A stretch of DNA of 64,000 bases from an uncultured Solirubrobacteraceae bacterium (GTDB lineage: Bacteria > Actinomycetota > Thermoleophilia > Solirubrobacterales > Solirubrobacteraceae): assembly GCA_963739115.1 (NCBI GenBank), contig CAVTZB010000002.1:84338-148337 (forward strand). The letters are read 5' to 3'. The translations under genes were made by a program, and so were the position numbers. Below the pieces are notes generated by a model. That model was not told where the DNA came from, did no database searches, and worked only from the letters and a program-made list of their open reading frames with translations. Positions 1 through 9,556 of the stretch are shown here, one piece after another (within the stretch, counting starts at the first letter, position 1; every line of letters begins with the position of its first letter).

Positions 1-168
1 TCGGGGAAGGCGAGTCGTTCGCCCCACGGGTCATCGATCAGCGCCGGACGCCCGACGCGCGTGTGCACTGCTCGCATCAGCGCCGTGCCCAGTGCCGTCG
101 CGCTCGCTTTCCCGCTGTCCACCGCGCGATTCTCTCAGACCGGCCTGCGGGCTCGCAGCGTCTCAGCG

Positions 169-837
169 CTACGACGGCGCGCCGTAGATCGCGCTGCGCC
201 ACACGTGCGTGAGCGTGGCGATCACCTCGCGTTCGCGCACCGCGGGCGTCTCTTCGATGAAGATCGAGTGCAGGACCCGCTCGTTCATCTGGACGAGCGC
301 CGTCGCGAGGTCGCGCGCGGCGATCCCCTCGGGGGCGGCCCCGCGGGCGCGCTCTGCCTCGATCAGCTCGGTCACGTTCGAGACCCAGCCGTCGATCGCC
401 GTCGACCACAGGGCGCGCGCCTCGGGGTTGCTGGCGCCGAGGTCGGTCACCGCGCGGATCACCGGACGGTGCGCGCCGAAGACCTCGTAGAAGCTCTCGA
501 TGCCCTCGCGCCACACGCCGGCGGGGTCGCCGGCCTGATGCTCGAGCGCCCGGTCGCGAGCAGCGCCGGCCTGCTCGACCACGCGATCCACGAGCGTCAG
601 CACGACCGCGTCCTTGGAGGGGAAGTAGAAGTAGAACGCCGAGCGCGAGATGCCCGCGCCCTGGGCGAGATCGTTGACCGAGATCTCGGCGAGCGAGCGC
701 TCTCCCAGCAGTTGCTCGGCGGTGCTCAGGATCGCGCGTTCGCGCTGATCGCCGGCCGCTCGCGCGCTGCGGCGTCCGCGGCTCGCGCGCGAGCGCTCGA
801 CCTCGACCTGATCGGCTGTGCTCATGACATCGATCAT
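169..837 (-). CDS. ethR: TetR-family repressor, EthR-like
   Basis: N-terminal TetR HTH (ILSTAEQLL...ISVNDLAQGAGISRSAFYFYFPSKDAV); divergent from an ethA-like gene as in mycobacteria. Start could be 825. Confidence 0.85.
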   Translation of the reverse strand: MIDVMSTADQVEVERSRASRGRRSARAAGDQRERAILSTAEQLLGERSLAEISVNDLAQGAGISRSAFYFYFPSKDAVVLTLVDRVVEQAGAARDRALEHQAGDPAGVWREGIESFYEVFGAHRPVIRAVTDLGASNPEARALWSTAIDGWVSNVTELIEAERARGAAPEGIAARDLATALVQMNERVLHSIFIEETPAVREREVIATLTHVWRSAIYGAPS

Positions 838-854
838 ACAGCCGACCGAGCTAG

Positions 855-893
855 CGTCAACAGCCCGTCTAGCATTCTCGACACGGTGTTGAT
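855..893. promoter_or_regulatory. Candidate EthR-type operator in the ethR/ethA spacer
   Basis: TCAACA (857-862) and quasi-palindrome TCGACAC-G-GTGTTGA (878-892); adjoins -10-like TAGGCT (893-898), 7 nt before the ethA ATG. Confidence 0.55.
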
Positions 894-905
894 AGGCTTG
901 CCCGG

Positions 906-2429
906 ATGAGCGTGCGCACCGAGCCCGTCGTCGTCGAGCACGTGGACGTGCTGATTCTCGGCGCCGGCCTGTCCGGGATCGGCGCCGCCTGCCACCTGCA
1001 GACGCTCTGCCCGCAGAAGAGCTTCGCGATCCTCGAGGCGCGCGAGTCGATCGGGGGCACGTGGGATCTGTTTCGCTACCCCGGCATCCGCTCGGACTCG
1101 GACATGTTCACGCTCGGCTACTCGTTTCGTCCCTGGCTCGAGACCAAGGCGCTCGCGGAGGGCGACTCGATCCTTCGCTACATCCGCGACACGGCCCGCG
1201 ATCACCACGTCGATGAGCACATCCACTTCGGCCAGCGTGCCGTCCGCGCCGAGTTCTCGAGCGCTGATGCGCGCTGGACCGTCGAGGCGCACCATCCCGA
1301 CACCGGTGCGGTCACGTTCTTCACGTGCGACTTCCTGTACGCGTGCACCGGCTACTACCGCTACGACGAAGGCTACACGCCGCGCTTTCCCGGCCTCGAG
1401 CGCTTCGCCGGGCGCTTCGTGCACGCTCAGCACTGGCCCGAGGACCTCGACTGCGCGGAGCAGCGCGTCGTGGTGATCGGCAGCGGCGCGACCGCCGTGA
1501 CGCTCGTCCCTGCACTGGCCGAGCAAGGGGCGCAGGTGACGATGCTCCAGCGCTCGCCCAGCTACGTCCTGTCGATCCCCGGCCGCGACGCGATCGCCGA
1601 CCGGCTGCGCGCCCGCCTGTCCGAGCGTCACGCCTACGCGGTGGTGCGCTGGAAGAACGTGATGCTGGCGTCGCTCAGCTTCAATCTCTGCCGCCGCGCG
1701 CCGAGGCTGATGCGCGGGCTGCTCCAGGGGCTCATACGGAGGCAGCTCCCGAGCGACTTCGACGTGCAGACGCACTTCACCCCTCGCTATGACCCCTGGG
1801 ACCAGCGACTGTGCTTCGTGCCCGACGGGGATCTGTTCGGCGCGCTCAGCGACGGAGGAGCCTCGATCGTCACCGGCACGATCGACACGTTCACCGAGCG
1901 CGGCGTGCGACTCGAGGACGGCGCGGAGCTCGACGCCGACGTGGTCGTGGCGGCCACCGGGTTGAACATGCTCGTGCTCGGCGGCCTGCAGCTGAGCGTC
2001 GACGGGGAGCCCGTGGAGGTCGCCGACACGGTCGCCTACAAGGGCATGATGCTGTCCGGCGTTCCGAACATGGCGCTCACGCTCGGCTACACGAACGCCT
2101 CGTGGACGCTGAAGGCAGACCTCGTCGCGCACTACGTCTGCCGCACGCTCAATCACATGGACGCCACGGGCACGGCCATCTGCGTCCCCCAGTCGCCCGA
2201 GCCGTCTGCGCCCACCGAGCCGATCATCGACTTGAAATCCGGTTACGTGACGCGCTCGCTGGAAGAGCTGCCGCGCCAGGGGGCAACGCCTCCGTGGCGC
2301 CTGCACCAGAACTACTTCAAGGACGTGAGGCTGCTGAAGCGCGGTTCGCTGCAGGACGCGATCGAGTTCTCCGGCCACGAGCAGTACGCCCGCCGGCGCA
2401 CGCGTGTTCCCGAGGTCGCCGGTGTCTAG
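906..2429 (+). CDS. ethA: FAD-dependent Baeyer-Villiger monooxygenase, EthA-like
   Basis: GAGLSG Rossmann motif, WDLFRYPGIRSDSD, BVMO fingerprint FAGRFVHAQHWP, second GSGATA motif. Confidence 0.9.
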   Translation: MSVRTEPVVVEHVDVLILGAGLSGIGAACHLQTLCPQKSFAILEARESIGGTWDLFRYPGIRSDSDMFTLGYSFRPWLETKALAEGDSILRYIRDTARDHHVDEHIHFGQRAVRAEFSSADARWTVEAHHPDTGAVTFFTCDFLYACTGYYRYDEGYTPRFPGLERFAGRFVHAQHWPEDLDCAEQRVVVIGSGATAVTLVPALAEQGAQVTMLQRSPSYVLSIPGRDAIADRLRARLSERHAYAVVRWKNVMLASLSFNLCRRAPRLMRGLLQGLIRRQLPSDFDVQTHFTPRYDPWDQRLCFVPDGDLFGALSDGGASIVTGTIDTFTERGVRLEDGAELDADVVVAATGLNMLVLGGLQLSVDGEPVEVADTVAYKGMMLSGVPNMALTLGYTNASWTLKADLVAHYVCRTLNHMDATGTAICVPQSPEPSAPTEPIIDLKSGYVTRSLEELPRQGATPPWRLHQNYFKDVRLLKRGSLQDAIEFSGHEQYARRRTRVPEVAGV

Positions 2430-2442
2430 CGCGCAAACGGCC

Positions 2443-3780
2443 GTGCCCAGCGCCATCGAGGGCCTGCCGCCGGGGCCGGCGGCGCCGATGGCGGTGCAGA
2501 CGCTCGCGATGCGCACACGCCAGCGTCCATATCTAGAGCGTGCGCGGCGTCGCTATGGACCGCTGTTCACCGTGCGCCTGATCGGCCTCGGCGAGACGGT
2601 GATCGTCTCGGACCCGGAGTTGATCAAGCAGACGTTCCGCGCGGACCCGACGGTGCTCCACGCCGGTACCGGCAGTCCCTTGCGCGCGCTGCTCGGCGAT
2701 AACTCGCTGCTGGGAATCGACGAGGCGCAGCACATGGAACAGCGCAAGCTGCTGCTGCCGCCGTTCAAGGGCCAGCGCATGAAGGCCTACGAGGGCATGA
2801 TCGCCGAGATCGCCGCCGAGGAGATCGACAGCTGGCCCCACGAGCAGGAGCTCGCCACGACGCGCCCGATGCAGCAGATCACGCTGCGCGCGATGTTGCG
2901 CGCGGTGTTCGGAGCCGAGGGGGAGCGACTGCAGGCGCTCGAGCAGTTGATACCCCGCTGGACGGTCCTCGGCGCGCGGCTGTCGCTCGCGCCGGAGCTG
3001 CAACGCAACCTCGGGCCGTGGAGCCCGTGGGCGAAGTTCACGAAGCTCCGTGCGCAGATCGACGCGATTCTGGACGAGCTGATCGCCACCGCGAAGGCCG
3101 ATGGAAGCCTCGAGGAGCGCGCCGACGTGCTCGCGCTGATGGTGCAGGCCCGCCACGACGACGGCAGCCCGATGAGCAACGCCGAGATCCGTGACGAGCT
3201 CGTCACGATGCTGGTCGCCGGGCACGAGACGACAGCGCACACGCTGGCGTGGGCACTCGAGCGAATAAGCCGTCACCCCGAGCTTCTGCGACGCCTCGTC
3301 GAGGAGGTCGACGAGGGCGGCAAGGCGCTGCGCGAGGCGACGATCCGCGAGGTTCAGCGCGCCCGCCCGGTGATCGCGTTCGCCGCACGTGTCGTGCGCA
3401 AGCCGTTCGCGCTCGGCGGCTATCAGCTGCCGATCGGCTCGAGGCTGCTGCTCGCCGCGTGCCTGACGCACTACGACCCCGATCTGTTCGCCCATCCCGA
3501 GCGCTTCGATCCGGACCGCTTCATCGACGTGCTTCCCGACACGTACTCGTGGATCCCCTTCGGTGGCGGCATCCGCCGCTGCATCGGCGCGACCTTCGCG
3601 CACATGGAGATGGACGTCGTCCTGCGGGTGCTGCTCGAACGCGTCGAGCTGATCCCAAGCTCGGCGCCCGCCGAGGCGTGGGCGTTTCGCGGCGTCGTGT
3701 GGGCGCCCGGCGCAGGCGGCAAAGCGGCCGTGCGTCAGCGGGTCGGGGCGCCCGCGGCGCGGACGCTCGCGGCGGCGTAG
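2443..3780 (+). CDS. Cytochrome P450
   Basis: LPPGP, AGHETT, ExxR (EVQR), heme motif FGGGIRRCIG; GTG start at 2443 chosen, downstream of the ethA stop. Confidence 0.92.
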   Translation: MPSAIEGLPPGPAAPMAVQTLAMRTRQRPYLERARRRYGPLFTVRLIGLGETVIVSDPELIKQTFRADPTVLHAGTGSPLRALLGDNSLLGIDEAQHMEQRKLLLPPFKGQRMKAYEGMIAEIAAEEIDSWPHEQELATTRPMQQITLRAMLRAVFGAEGERLQALEQLIPRWTVLGARLSLAPELQRNLGPWSPWAKFTKLRAQIDAILDELIATAKADGSLEERADVLALMVQARHDDGSPMSNAEIRDELVTMLVAGHETTAHTLAWALERISRHPELLRRLVEEVDEGGKALREATIREVQRARPVIAFAARVVRKPFALGGYQLPIGSRLLLAACLTHYDPDLFAHPERFDPDRFIDVLPDTYSWIPFGGGIRRCIGATFAHMEMDVVLRVLLERVELIPSSAPAEAWAFRGVVWAPGAGGKAAVRQRVGAPAARTLAAA

Positions 3781-3823
3781 GCGCGACTCACGCGCGGGCG
3801 TCGACCCCAGACAGCCGCGCTGA

Positions 3824-4864
3824 TCAGCCGGTGTAGGAGGGGCTGAGCGCTTCGAGTCGGCTCCACGGGACCCCGTCGAGCACGTCGTAGGGATCGGCGC
3901 CGAGCAGCGTGCGATACGGGTTCGGACGACCTTCGCTGATCAGGGGCTCGGGATCCTGCGCCTGCAGCGCCACCGAGCCAGATGTGTCACCGACGACCAT
4001 CCCATAGCGCTGGATCGCCCTCGCGATCTCCAGGGCTGCGCGCCGGAGGTGTAGCGAGTCGAGCTTCAGCTTCGGACTCAGGCGAAAGCGTGTGCCCTGC
4101 GGCACCGCGTCGGCTTCGTTGGAGACCCCGTCGGTGCGATCGGCCGGCCACACGAACTCTGAGCGAGCGGTGTCGGGCAGCGACACTTCGAGCGCATGGT
4201 TGATCGAGCCGTGCTCGAGATCTTCCAGATGGATCTGGCCCCCGAGCAGTGACAGGCCCGACGCGGCGGCGCCGAACGGGGCCGGGAAGATGCCGTCGCT
4301 GGTGTACGCGTCCGCGATCTCGCCACCCCAGCAGGCCGTCCAGTGCCCCGATTCCTCGAGCGCTCTCCAGAGCTCCCAGAGGTGTCCGGTCGACGGCTGC
4401 CACACGATCACCTCTTTGTCCGTGCCGGCGCCCGGAAGCGCGTCAGCCGGCAGTGGCACAGCAGCTATCTGTTCCTGGAAGCCCGAGAACACACCTTCGG
4501 GTCGCGGACAGACGGCGCTCGTGCCGATCAGCGTAATCGTCGGCGCATTCGGGCCCTCGACATACACCGGCGCGCTCCACTGGGTTGTGTTGATGACGAC
4601 ATGGCCTAGATGCGTCTTCACCTGCGACTCGAACGCACCCGCGAGCGCTGCGGAATCAGCTGCGAGCGGGGGCGAGGCCGGTAGCTCCCGATTGAAGAAG
4701 CTGTGCGCAGAGAACAGCCTCAACGGTTCGGCGCGGCTAGCCACGTGTCGTGCGTCAGCCGGCGCGGCGCCAGTCGCGTCAGCCTGCGTTCCAAATCTCG
4801 ATCCCATGCCGAAGCTCAGAACCGCGATAACGCACGCCAGACACATCTTTATGTAACCGTTCAC
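3824..4864 (-). CDS. Secreted protein of unknown function
   Basis: 346-aa ORF with signal-peptide-like N-terminus and globular composition (WPADRTDG, GTRFRL, IARAIQRYGMVVGD); no family assigned with confidence. Confidence 0.75.
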   Translation of the reverse strand: MNGYIKMCLACVIAVLSFGMGSRFGTQADATGAAPADARHVASRAEPLRLFSAHSFFNRELPASPPLAADSAALAGAFESQVKTHLGHVVINTTQWSAPVYVEGPNAPTITLIGTSAVCPRPEGVFSGFQEQIAAVPLPADALPGAGTDKEVIVWQPSTGHLWELWRALEESGHWTACWGGEIADAYTSDGIFPAPFGAAASGLSLLGGQIHLEDLEHGSINHALEVSLPDTARSEFVWPADRTDGVSNEADAVPQGTRFRLSPKLKLDSLHLRRAALEIARAIQRYGMVVGDTSGSVALQAQDPEPLISEGRPNPYRTLLGADPYDVLDGVPWSRLEALSPSYTG

Positions 4865-4966
4865 GCGAAGTTCACATCCATGCTCAGCTCAGATTAGGTG
4901 ATGGTGGGCTCGACAAACACAACGTCAGCCGGGCGCAGGTGGACAGGGGTCGAGTGTCGCGTGGAC

Positions 4967-5058
4967 ATTTGTAACAACTACAAATCGGCTCGCATGGTTC
5001 TTGCTATCTTCGCCGAGCCATGCGATGCGATGGCGGCATTTGTGACTTTAACTACATT
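4967..5058. promoter_or_regulatory. AT-rich divergent regulatory region with palindromes
   Basis: ATTTGT-N7-ACAAAT (4967-4985); related ATTTGTGACTTTAACTACAT (5038-5057) containing CRP/GlxR-like TGTGA-N6-CTACA; inverted pair TCGCATGG/CCATGCGA between them. Confidence 0.45.
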
Positions 5059-5114
5059 CGCCCCGCGATGACGGTGGACCATGCCGCCCGCGCCAACGAC
5101 TGCCACGCCCCGGG

Positions 5115-6683
5115 TTGGGGGTGAGTGCCGCAGCCGTCGCGACCGGACACCCGCTCTCGCACGAGCATGCGCCACGCCTCGTGGACAGGCCGCGAACGCA
5201 CTCGCGCGTGCTCGTGCTGGCGCCGTGGCTTTTGCTGGGCGGCTTTCTCGCGGCCGAGCTGGTCGTTTGCGCGTTGCGGCTCACGGGGCCGTTTCTCGAT
5301 GAGGGCGTCTACATCGTCGCCGGCCTCAGGACGCTCGGGGGTCACGGGATCAGCGATGACTACCTGTCATGGATCTCGGGCTCGCTGCTGTGGCCGCTCA
5401 TCGCCGGGATCGGCTGGAAGCTCTGGGGTCTTGCCGGCGCTCGCGCGGCGGCAGCGATTTGTGTGACAATCGGGCTCGCGGGCGCGATCAAGGCGGCTGG
5501 GAACCTCTACGGGACGCGCGTGCGCGCGGGCGCCGCTCTGGCTGCGATCACGAGCGGCCCGGTCATCGCGCTCGGCCATCTTGCGGTCTACGACACGCTG
5601 GCCGTCGCTGGCGCCGGCGGCGCGTTCTGGGCGGTGACGGAGTTTCTGCGTCGCGACGATCGCGCCTGGCTGTGCCTGGCGGCGCTGCTCTACGCGCTGG
5701 CCGGCCTGGCGAAGTATCCGGTGCTGGTGTTCATCGGGCCGCCGCTGGTCTTCTTGATACTGGCGATACGCGGACGAGGGGCGGCGATGGACATCGGCGT
5801 GTTCGGCTTCATTGCGGGCGCCGTGCTGCTCATATACCTGCTGGCCGATCGCGCTCAGCTCGCGGCGTTCGAGAGCTTTCGTCTCAGCGACAACCCGAGC
5901 TTCGACGTCAGCCGCGAACAGCTCATCGACCTGCAGGTGTACTTCACCGCGGTGCCCGCGATCCTCGCGGTGGCGGGCCTGGCGCTGGTGGAGAGGCGCA
6001 GGGTGGGGCTCGCGCTGCTCACCGGCGCGATCGGCGCTCCTGTCTACCATCTGATGACCGGGGACCCCTCGGGCGCTCAGAAGCACGTCGTCTTCGGGAT
6101 CATCTTCATGCTGCCGCTGATCGGCGTGACCGTCGCGGCAGCCCTGCGCCACATGCGCCTGCTGGCAATCCCGGCTCTGATCGGACTGACGTGCTTCGCG
6201 CTCGTCCAGGTCGTGCGCGTCGACGAGGGATGGCCTGATCTGCGTCCCTCGGCGGCGACGTTGGTCCGCGACGTTCACCCGGGGGAAAGGCTGCTGGCCA
6301 GCTCCTCCTGGGTGTACGCCGCCTACCTGTACTCAAACGGGCGCATCGAGAACCCGTACGAAGTTTACGACGTATACCGAATCCAGCACCTGCCGAGCCC
6401 TGTGAACGTCTGCGCATTTCAGTGGTTCATCGAAGTGCCCGGTGGCGAAGCGTGGCCGGCGTCGATCTGGCGCGCGGTTGCGCGCTGCGGAACCTTCCAT
6501 AGGGTTTTCTCCTCGCGGGTCAAGGTGACAGGCCTGGGAGGCAACCTGCACTTCGTCACCTATTGGGGCCCGATCGAGATCTTCAAGAACGAGCCAGAGG
6601 CTCGGGCTCGCCAGGTTGCCACCGTTCACACTCGACGCAGAGGAAGTCATAATGCAAAAGACAGTCGGCCAAAACCGCGGTAG
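5115..6683 (+). CDS. GT-C fold membrane glycosyltransferase (ArnT/PMT-like, GT39/GT83 type)
   Basis: About 10-12 hydrophobic segments, acidic loop FLDEGVY after TM1, AKYP motif, soluble C-terminal domain. Exact start uncertain. Confidence 0.75.
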   Translation: MGVSAAAVATGHPLSHEHAPRLVDRPRTHSRVLVLAPWLLLGGFLAAELVVCALRLTGPFLDEGVYIVAGLRTLGGHGISDDYLSWISGSLLWPLIAGIGWKLWGLAGARAAAAICVTIGLAGAIKAAGNLYGTRVRAGAALAAITSGPVIALGHLAVYDTLAVAGAGGAFWAVTEFLRRDDRAWLCLAALLYALAGLAKYPVLVFIGPPLVFLILAIRGRGAAMDIGVFGFIAGAVLLIYLLADRAQLAAFESFRLSDNPSFDVSREQLIDLQVYFTAVPAILAVAGLALVERRRVGLALLTGAIGAPVYHLMTGDPSGAQKHVVFGIIFMLPLIGVTVAAALRHMRLLAIPALIGLTCFALVQVVRVDEGWPDLRPSAATLVRDVHPGERLLASSSWVYAAYLYSNGRIENPYEVYDVYRIQHLPSPVNVCAFQWFIEVPGGEAWPASIWRAVARCGTFHRVFSSRVKVTGLGGNLHFVTYWGPIEIFKNEPEARARQVATVHTRRRGSHNAKDSRPKPR

Positions 6684-8793
6684 CCGAACAGAGGACGTCG
6701 CGTTGATCGTCATCGGCGCGTGGCTCGTGCCGCGGATGGCTCGCGCGCTGCAGAGCCTCCAGGGGAACGCTCTGCTCCAGGCGCGCCGTGAGGAGCTCGT
6801 CAGACAGCTTTCGCCCGGCCGTCCATTCGCGTCCGATCGCCGCCGCCAGGGGCGAGCTCAGCGAAGAGGCGTGACGGTGTCCGGGAAAGGCTCGACGGCC
6901 TCCGGTCGCTCACAGCCCGAGTACGGGGTGAGCACGCCAGCAGAGACGCTGGGTCAGAACCGAGGCGCGCGCGCGGCGGGCATAGCGCTGATCCTCAGCA
7001 TCGCCTGGTTCCTGCCCTGGATGCTTGCTCACGCGGACACGTCCAAGCTATGGATCGCGATTCCCTTCGTGCTGGCGACGGTGCTCGTGGCCACGTCATC
7101 GATGCTCTCGGTGGTCAATCGCTGGCAGCAGTCCGTGCCGGAGAAGGCGCCTGTGCCGGTCGGCCACGAGCCGAAGGTGGCCGTGCTCATACCGACTTTG
7201 GGCGAGCCTCCTTCGCTGCTCGAGAGCACGGTGCGCTCGGTGCTCGACCAGGACTGGCCGAGCGACCGGCTGTGGGTGCTGGTGAGCGACGATGCGGGCG
7301 ACCAGCGCGTGCGCGACGTGGTGAATCGCCTCGCGCTCGCATATCCGCAGGCGAGCCTGCGTTATCACAGGCCGCCGGGGCGCGATGACCCGCGCCGCCG
7401 CGGCGAGGCGAAGGCGGGGAACCTCAACTCGGCGATCGCGCTCGTGCCCGCGGATATCCGCTTCGTCGAGTCCCGCGATGCAGACGATCTGGTGGGCGAT
7501 GAGCGCTTCCTGCGCGAAGCCGTCGGTCAGCTGATGGCCAGCGAGCGGCTCGCGTTCGTGCAGACGGCCAAGGCCGGTGAGGTCTCGGCACACGACCCGT
7601 TCGACAACCAGCAGCCGCACTTCTTTCGATGCGCGATGCTCTCGCGCCACGCCGCGAACGCGGTGTTCCCGTGTGGCTCGGGACTCGTGTGGCGGCGCGC
7701 GGCGCTGCATGACATCGGCGACTTCCCCACGTGGAACCTGGTCGAGGATCTGCAGTCGGGTGTCGAGGCGCTCCGGCGCGGCTGGGACGGCTGCTACCTG
7801 CCGATCCTCGGCGCCTACGCGCAGCACTCGCCGGAGGATCTGCCCAACTTCGTCAAGCAGCGCGGCACATGGGCCCTCGACACCGTCAGGCTCAACCTAT
7901 GGGCCCCCAAGCGCGGGCTCAGTCTGCGCCAGCGCATGCAGTTCTACGAGCTCGGTCTCTTCTACATGCAGGGTCCGGCGACGCTCGTGTTCCTGCTGGT
8001 TCCGGCGCTCGGTTTCGCCCTGCACACCTATCCGGTGGTCACGAGCACGGGCGCGTTCGTTATCCACTTCTGGCCGTTTGCCGTTGCTCTCGAGCTGTAT
8101 CTGGCTGTGATCCACAGGCGAATGTCGCTCGAGCAGCTGTGGCGCGCGCGGCTGACCTGGGCAGGTCTGTCGTTCGTATACGCACGTGCCTGCATGCTCG
8201 CGATCCTCGGCGGGCGCACCCGCAAGCCTCGCTACGTGGTCACGCGCAAGGAGAACCAGTACGCCGTGCATTGGCGTCAGATCGTCCCGCACGTGGCGCT
8301 CCTGGCAGTGCTGCTGGGCTCGATGACCTGGTCGCTGGTCCACAGAGGCCTGTTCAACAGCTTCGACGTCGGCTCCGCCTACTGGGCGACGCTGTACAGC
8401 CTGCTGCTGCTGGGTTTCATCCGTTTGAGCTGGCACGGAGTGCCGACGCTCGTCCCGGGCTGGGCGAGGCACGGTCTGCGCGCGCGCGTGCGATCCTCCG
8501 CGGAGCGCCGGCCGGCGAGCAGCACGAGCTTGCAGGGCGACGGCCCGCGTCGCCTGCCCATGCCGGCACCGGCCCCGCTAGCGCGGCCGGTGCGCGCGCA
8601 CGTCTCGGCGCCTGGATCTCTGCAGAGCGCTCGGCGTGGCCCATTTCCGCGTTACGGGCTGCAGCCACTCGAGCCGCCCATCGGCAAACGCGCCGCCCAC
8701 GGCGTGGTCGTGCGGCGCGCCGTGGGCCCGCAGCCCGATCAGCCGCTGCCCGAAGTGGTCGTGGTCGAGCCGCGAGTCTTGGCTGATCGGTAG
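6652..8793 (+). CDS. Processive GT2, cellulose-synthase-like, no PilZ domain
   Basis: SDD, KAGNLN, DAD, GSG, LVED, QxxRW-position motif KQRGTWA, then multiple TMs. Start either ATG 6652 (RBS GAGGAAG) or GTG 6928. Confidence 0.85.
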   Translation: MQKTVGQNRGSRTEDVALIVIGAWLVPRMARALQSLQGNALLQARREELVRQLSPGRPFASDRRRQGRAQRRGVTVSGKGSTASGRSQPEYGVSTPAETLGQNRGARAAGIALILSIAWFLPWMLAHADTSKLWIAIPFVLATVLVATSSMLSVVNRWQQSVPEKAPVPVGHEPKVAVLIPTLGEPPSLLESTVRSVLDQDWPSDRLWVLVSDDAGDQRVRDVVNRLALAYPQASLRYHRPPGRDDPRRRGEAKAGNLNSAIALVPADIRFVESRDADDLVGDERFLREAVGQLMASERLAFVQTAKAGEVSAHDPFDNQQPHFFRCAMLSRHAANAVFPCGSGLVWRRAALHDIGDFPTWNLVEDLQSGVEALRRGWDGCYLPILGAYAQHSPEDLPNFVKQRGTWALDTVRLNLWAPKRGLSLRQRMQFYELGLFYMQGPATLVFLLVPALGFALHTYPVVTSTGAFVIHFWPFAVALELYLAVIHRRMSLEQLWRARLTWAGLSFVYARACMLAILGGRTRKPRYVVTRKENQYAVHWRQIVPHVALLAVLLGSMTWSLVHRGLFNSFDVGSAYWATLYSLLLLGFIRLSWHGVPTLVPGWARHGLRARVRSSAERRPASSTSLQGDGPRRLPMPAPAPLARPVRAHVSAPGSLQSARRGPFPRYGLQPLEPPIGKRAAHGVVVRRAVGPQPDQPLPEVVVVEPRVLADR

Positions 8794-9305
8794 CCGGACG
8801 CTCCGCGAGCGCTCAGCGCCAGGAGCGACAGCAGGCTCGCCAAGCCGATCGCGATCGCGAGCAACGGCAGGTGCTCGCCGAGTACACGTTCGACGAGATC
8901 TCGCGGCTGGGCGGTCGCCGGGTAGGGCGCTCGACCCGACGGCACGGCGATCGCCGAGATGGGCGCGGTCGGCCCGGGAGCGGAAGATGAGGGTGCCCGC
9001 AGAGATGCCTCCACCCCTTCCATCAGCGTGAGCGTCGTGGCATTTGGATAGCCGCTGGCGCTCAACCCGTACTTGCGCTGGAAGTACTCGAGTGCCCCTC
9101 TCGTGCCCACGCCGAGCTCGCCTGGTCGGTCGCGACCGAGCGGGTAGTGGAGCTCCCGGAACAGGCGCTGTGCACGCAGCACGGTCTGCTTCGGGGCGCG
9201 CTCACGTCGCGCAGCTGAAGCTGTGGAGGCTCCGGCAGCGGCGAGCGCGAGCGCCGATAGCAGCAGCGTCGCGATCCAGCCGACAGGCCTCGGAAAGACA
9301 GTCAT
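8739..9305 (-). CDS. Signal peptide + PG_binding_1-like domain + C-terminal TM anchor
   Basis: VLRAQRLFRELHY...GELGVGTRGALEYFQRKYGLSASGYPNATT fits the peptidoglycan-binding helical repeat; ATG 9305 gives a signal peptide. Confidence 0.7.
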   Translation of the reverse strand: MTVFPRPVGWIATLLLSALALAAAGASTASAARRERAPKQTVLRAQRLFRELHYPLGRDRPGELGVGTRGALEYFQRKYGLSASGYPNATTLTLMEGVEASLRAPSSSAPGPTAPISAIAVPSGRAPYPATAQPRDLVERVLGEHLPLLAIAIGLASLLSLLALSARGASGYRSAKTRGSTTTTSGSG

Positions 9306-9556
9306 CAGTCCGAACTTGGCAGCATACGCCGGTCGGGTCCCGGTAGCGCGTCCGTCCAGTCGCTCTCTGCTTTCAAACGGGGTGATGCGCGCCCTTGCCT
9401 GCGACTCGACCGGGACCCTCCCGCGATCTCGCATGCTGTTAGGACGTTCTGGGGCCGAGCCCACACCGGTGGTCTTGGTCGGATTGTCCAATCACGACGC
9501 GCTCACATTGGCCAGCGGGCCCTTGGGTTCTCGTGGGCGGCGACCATAATTACACC

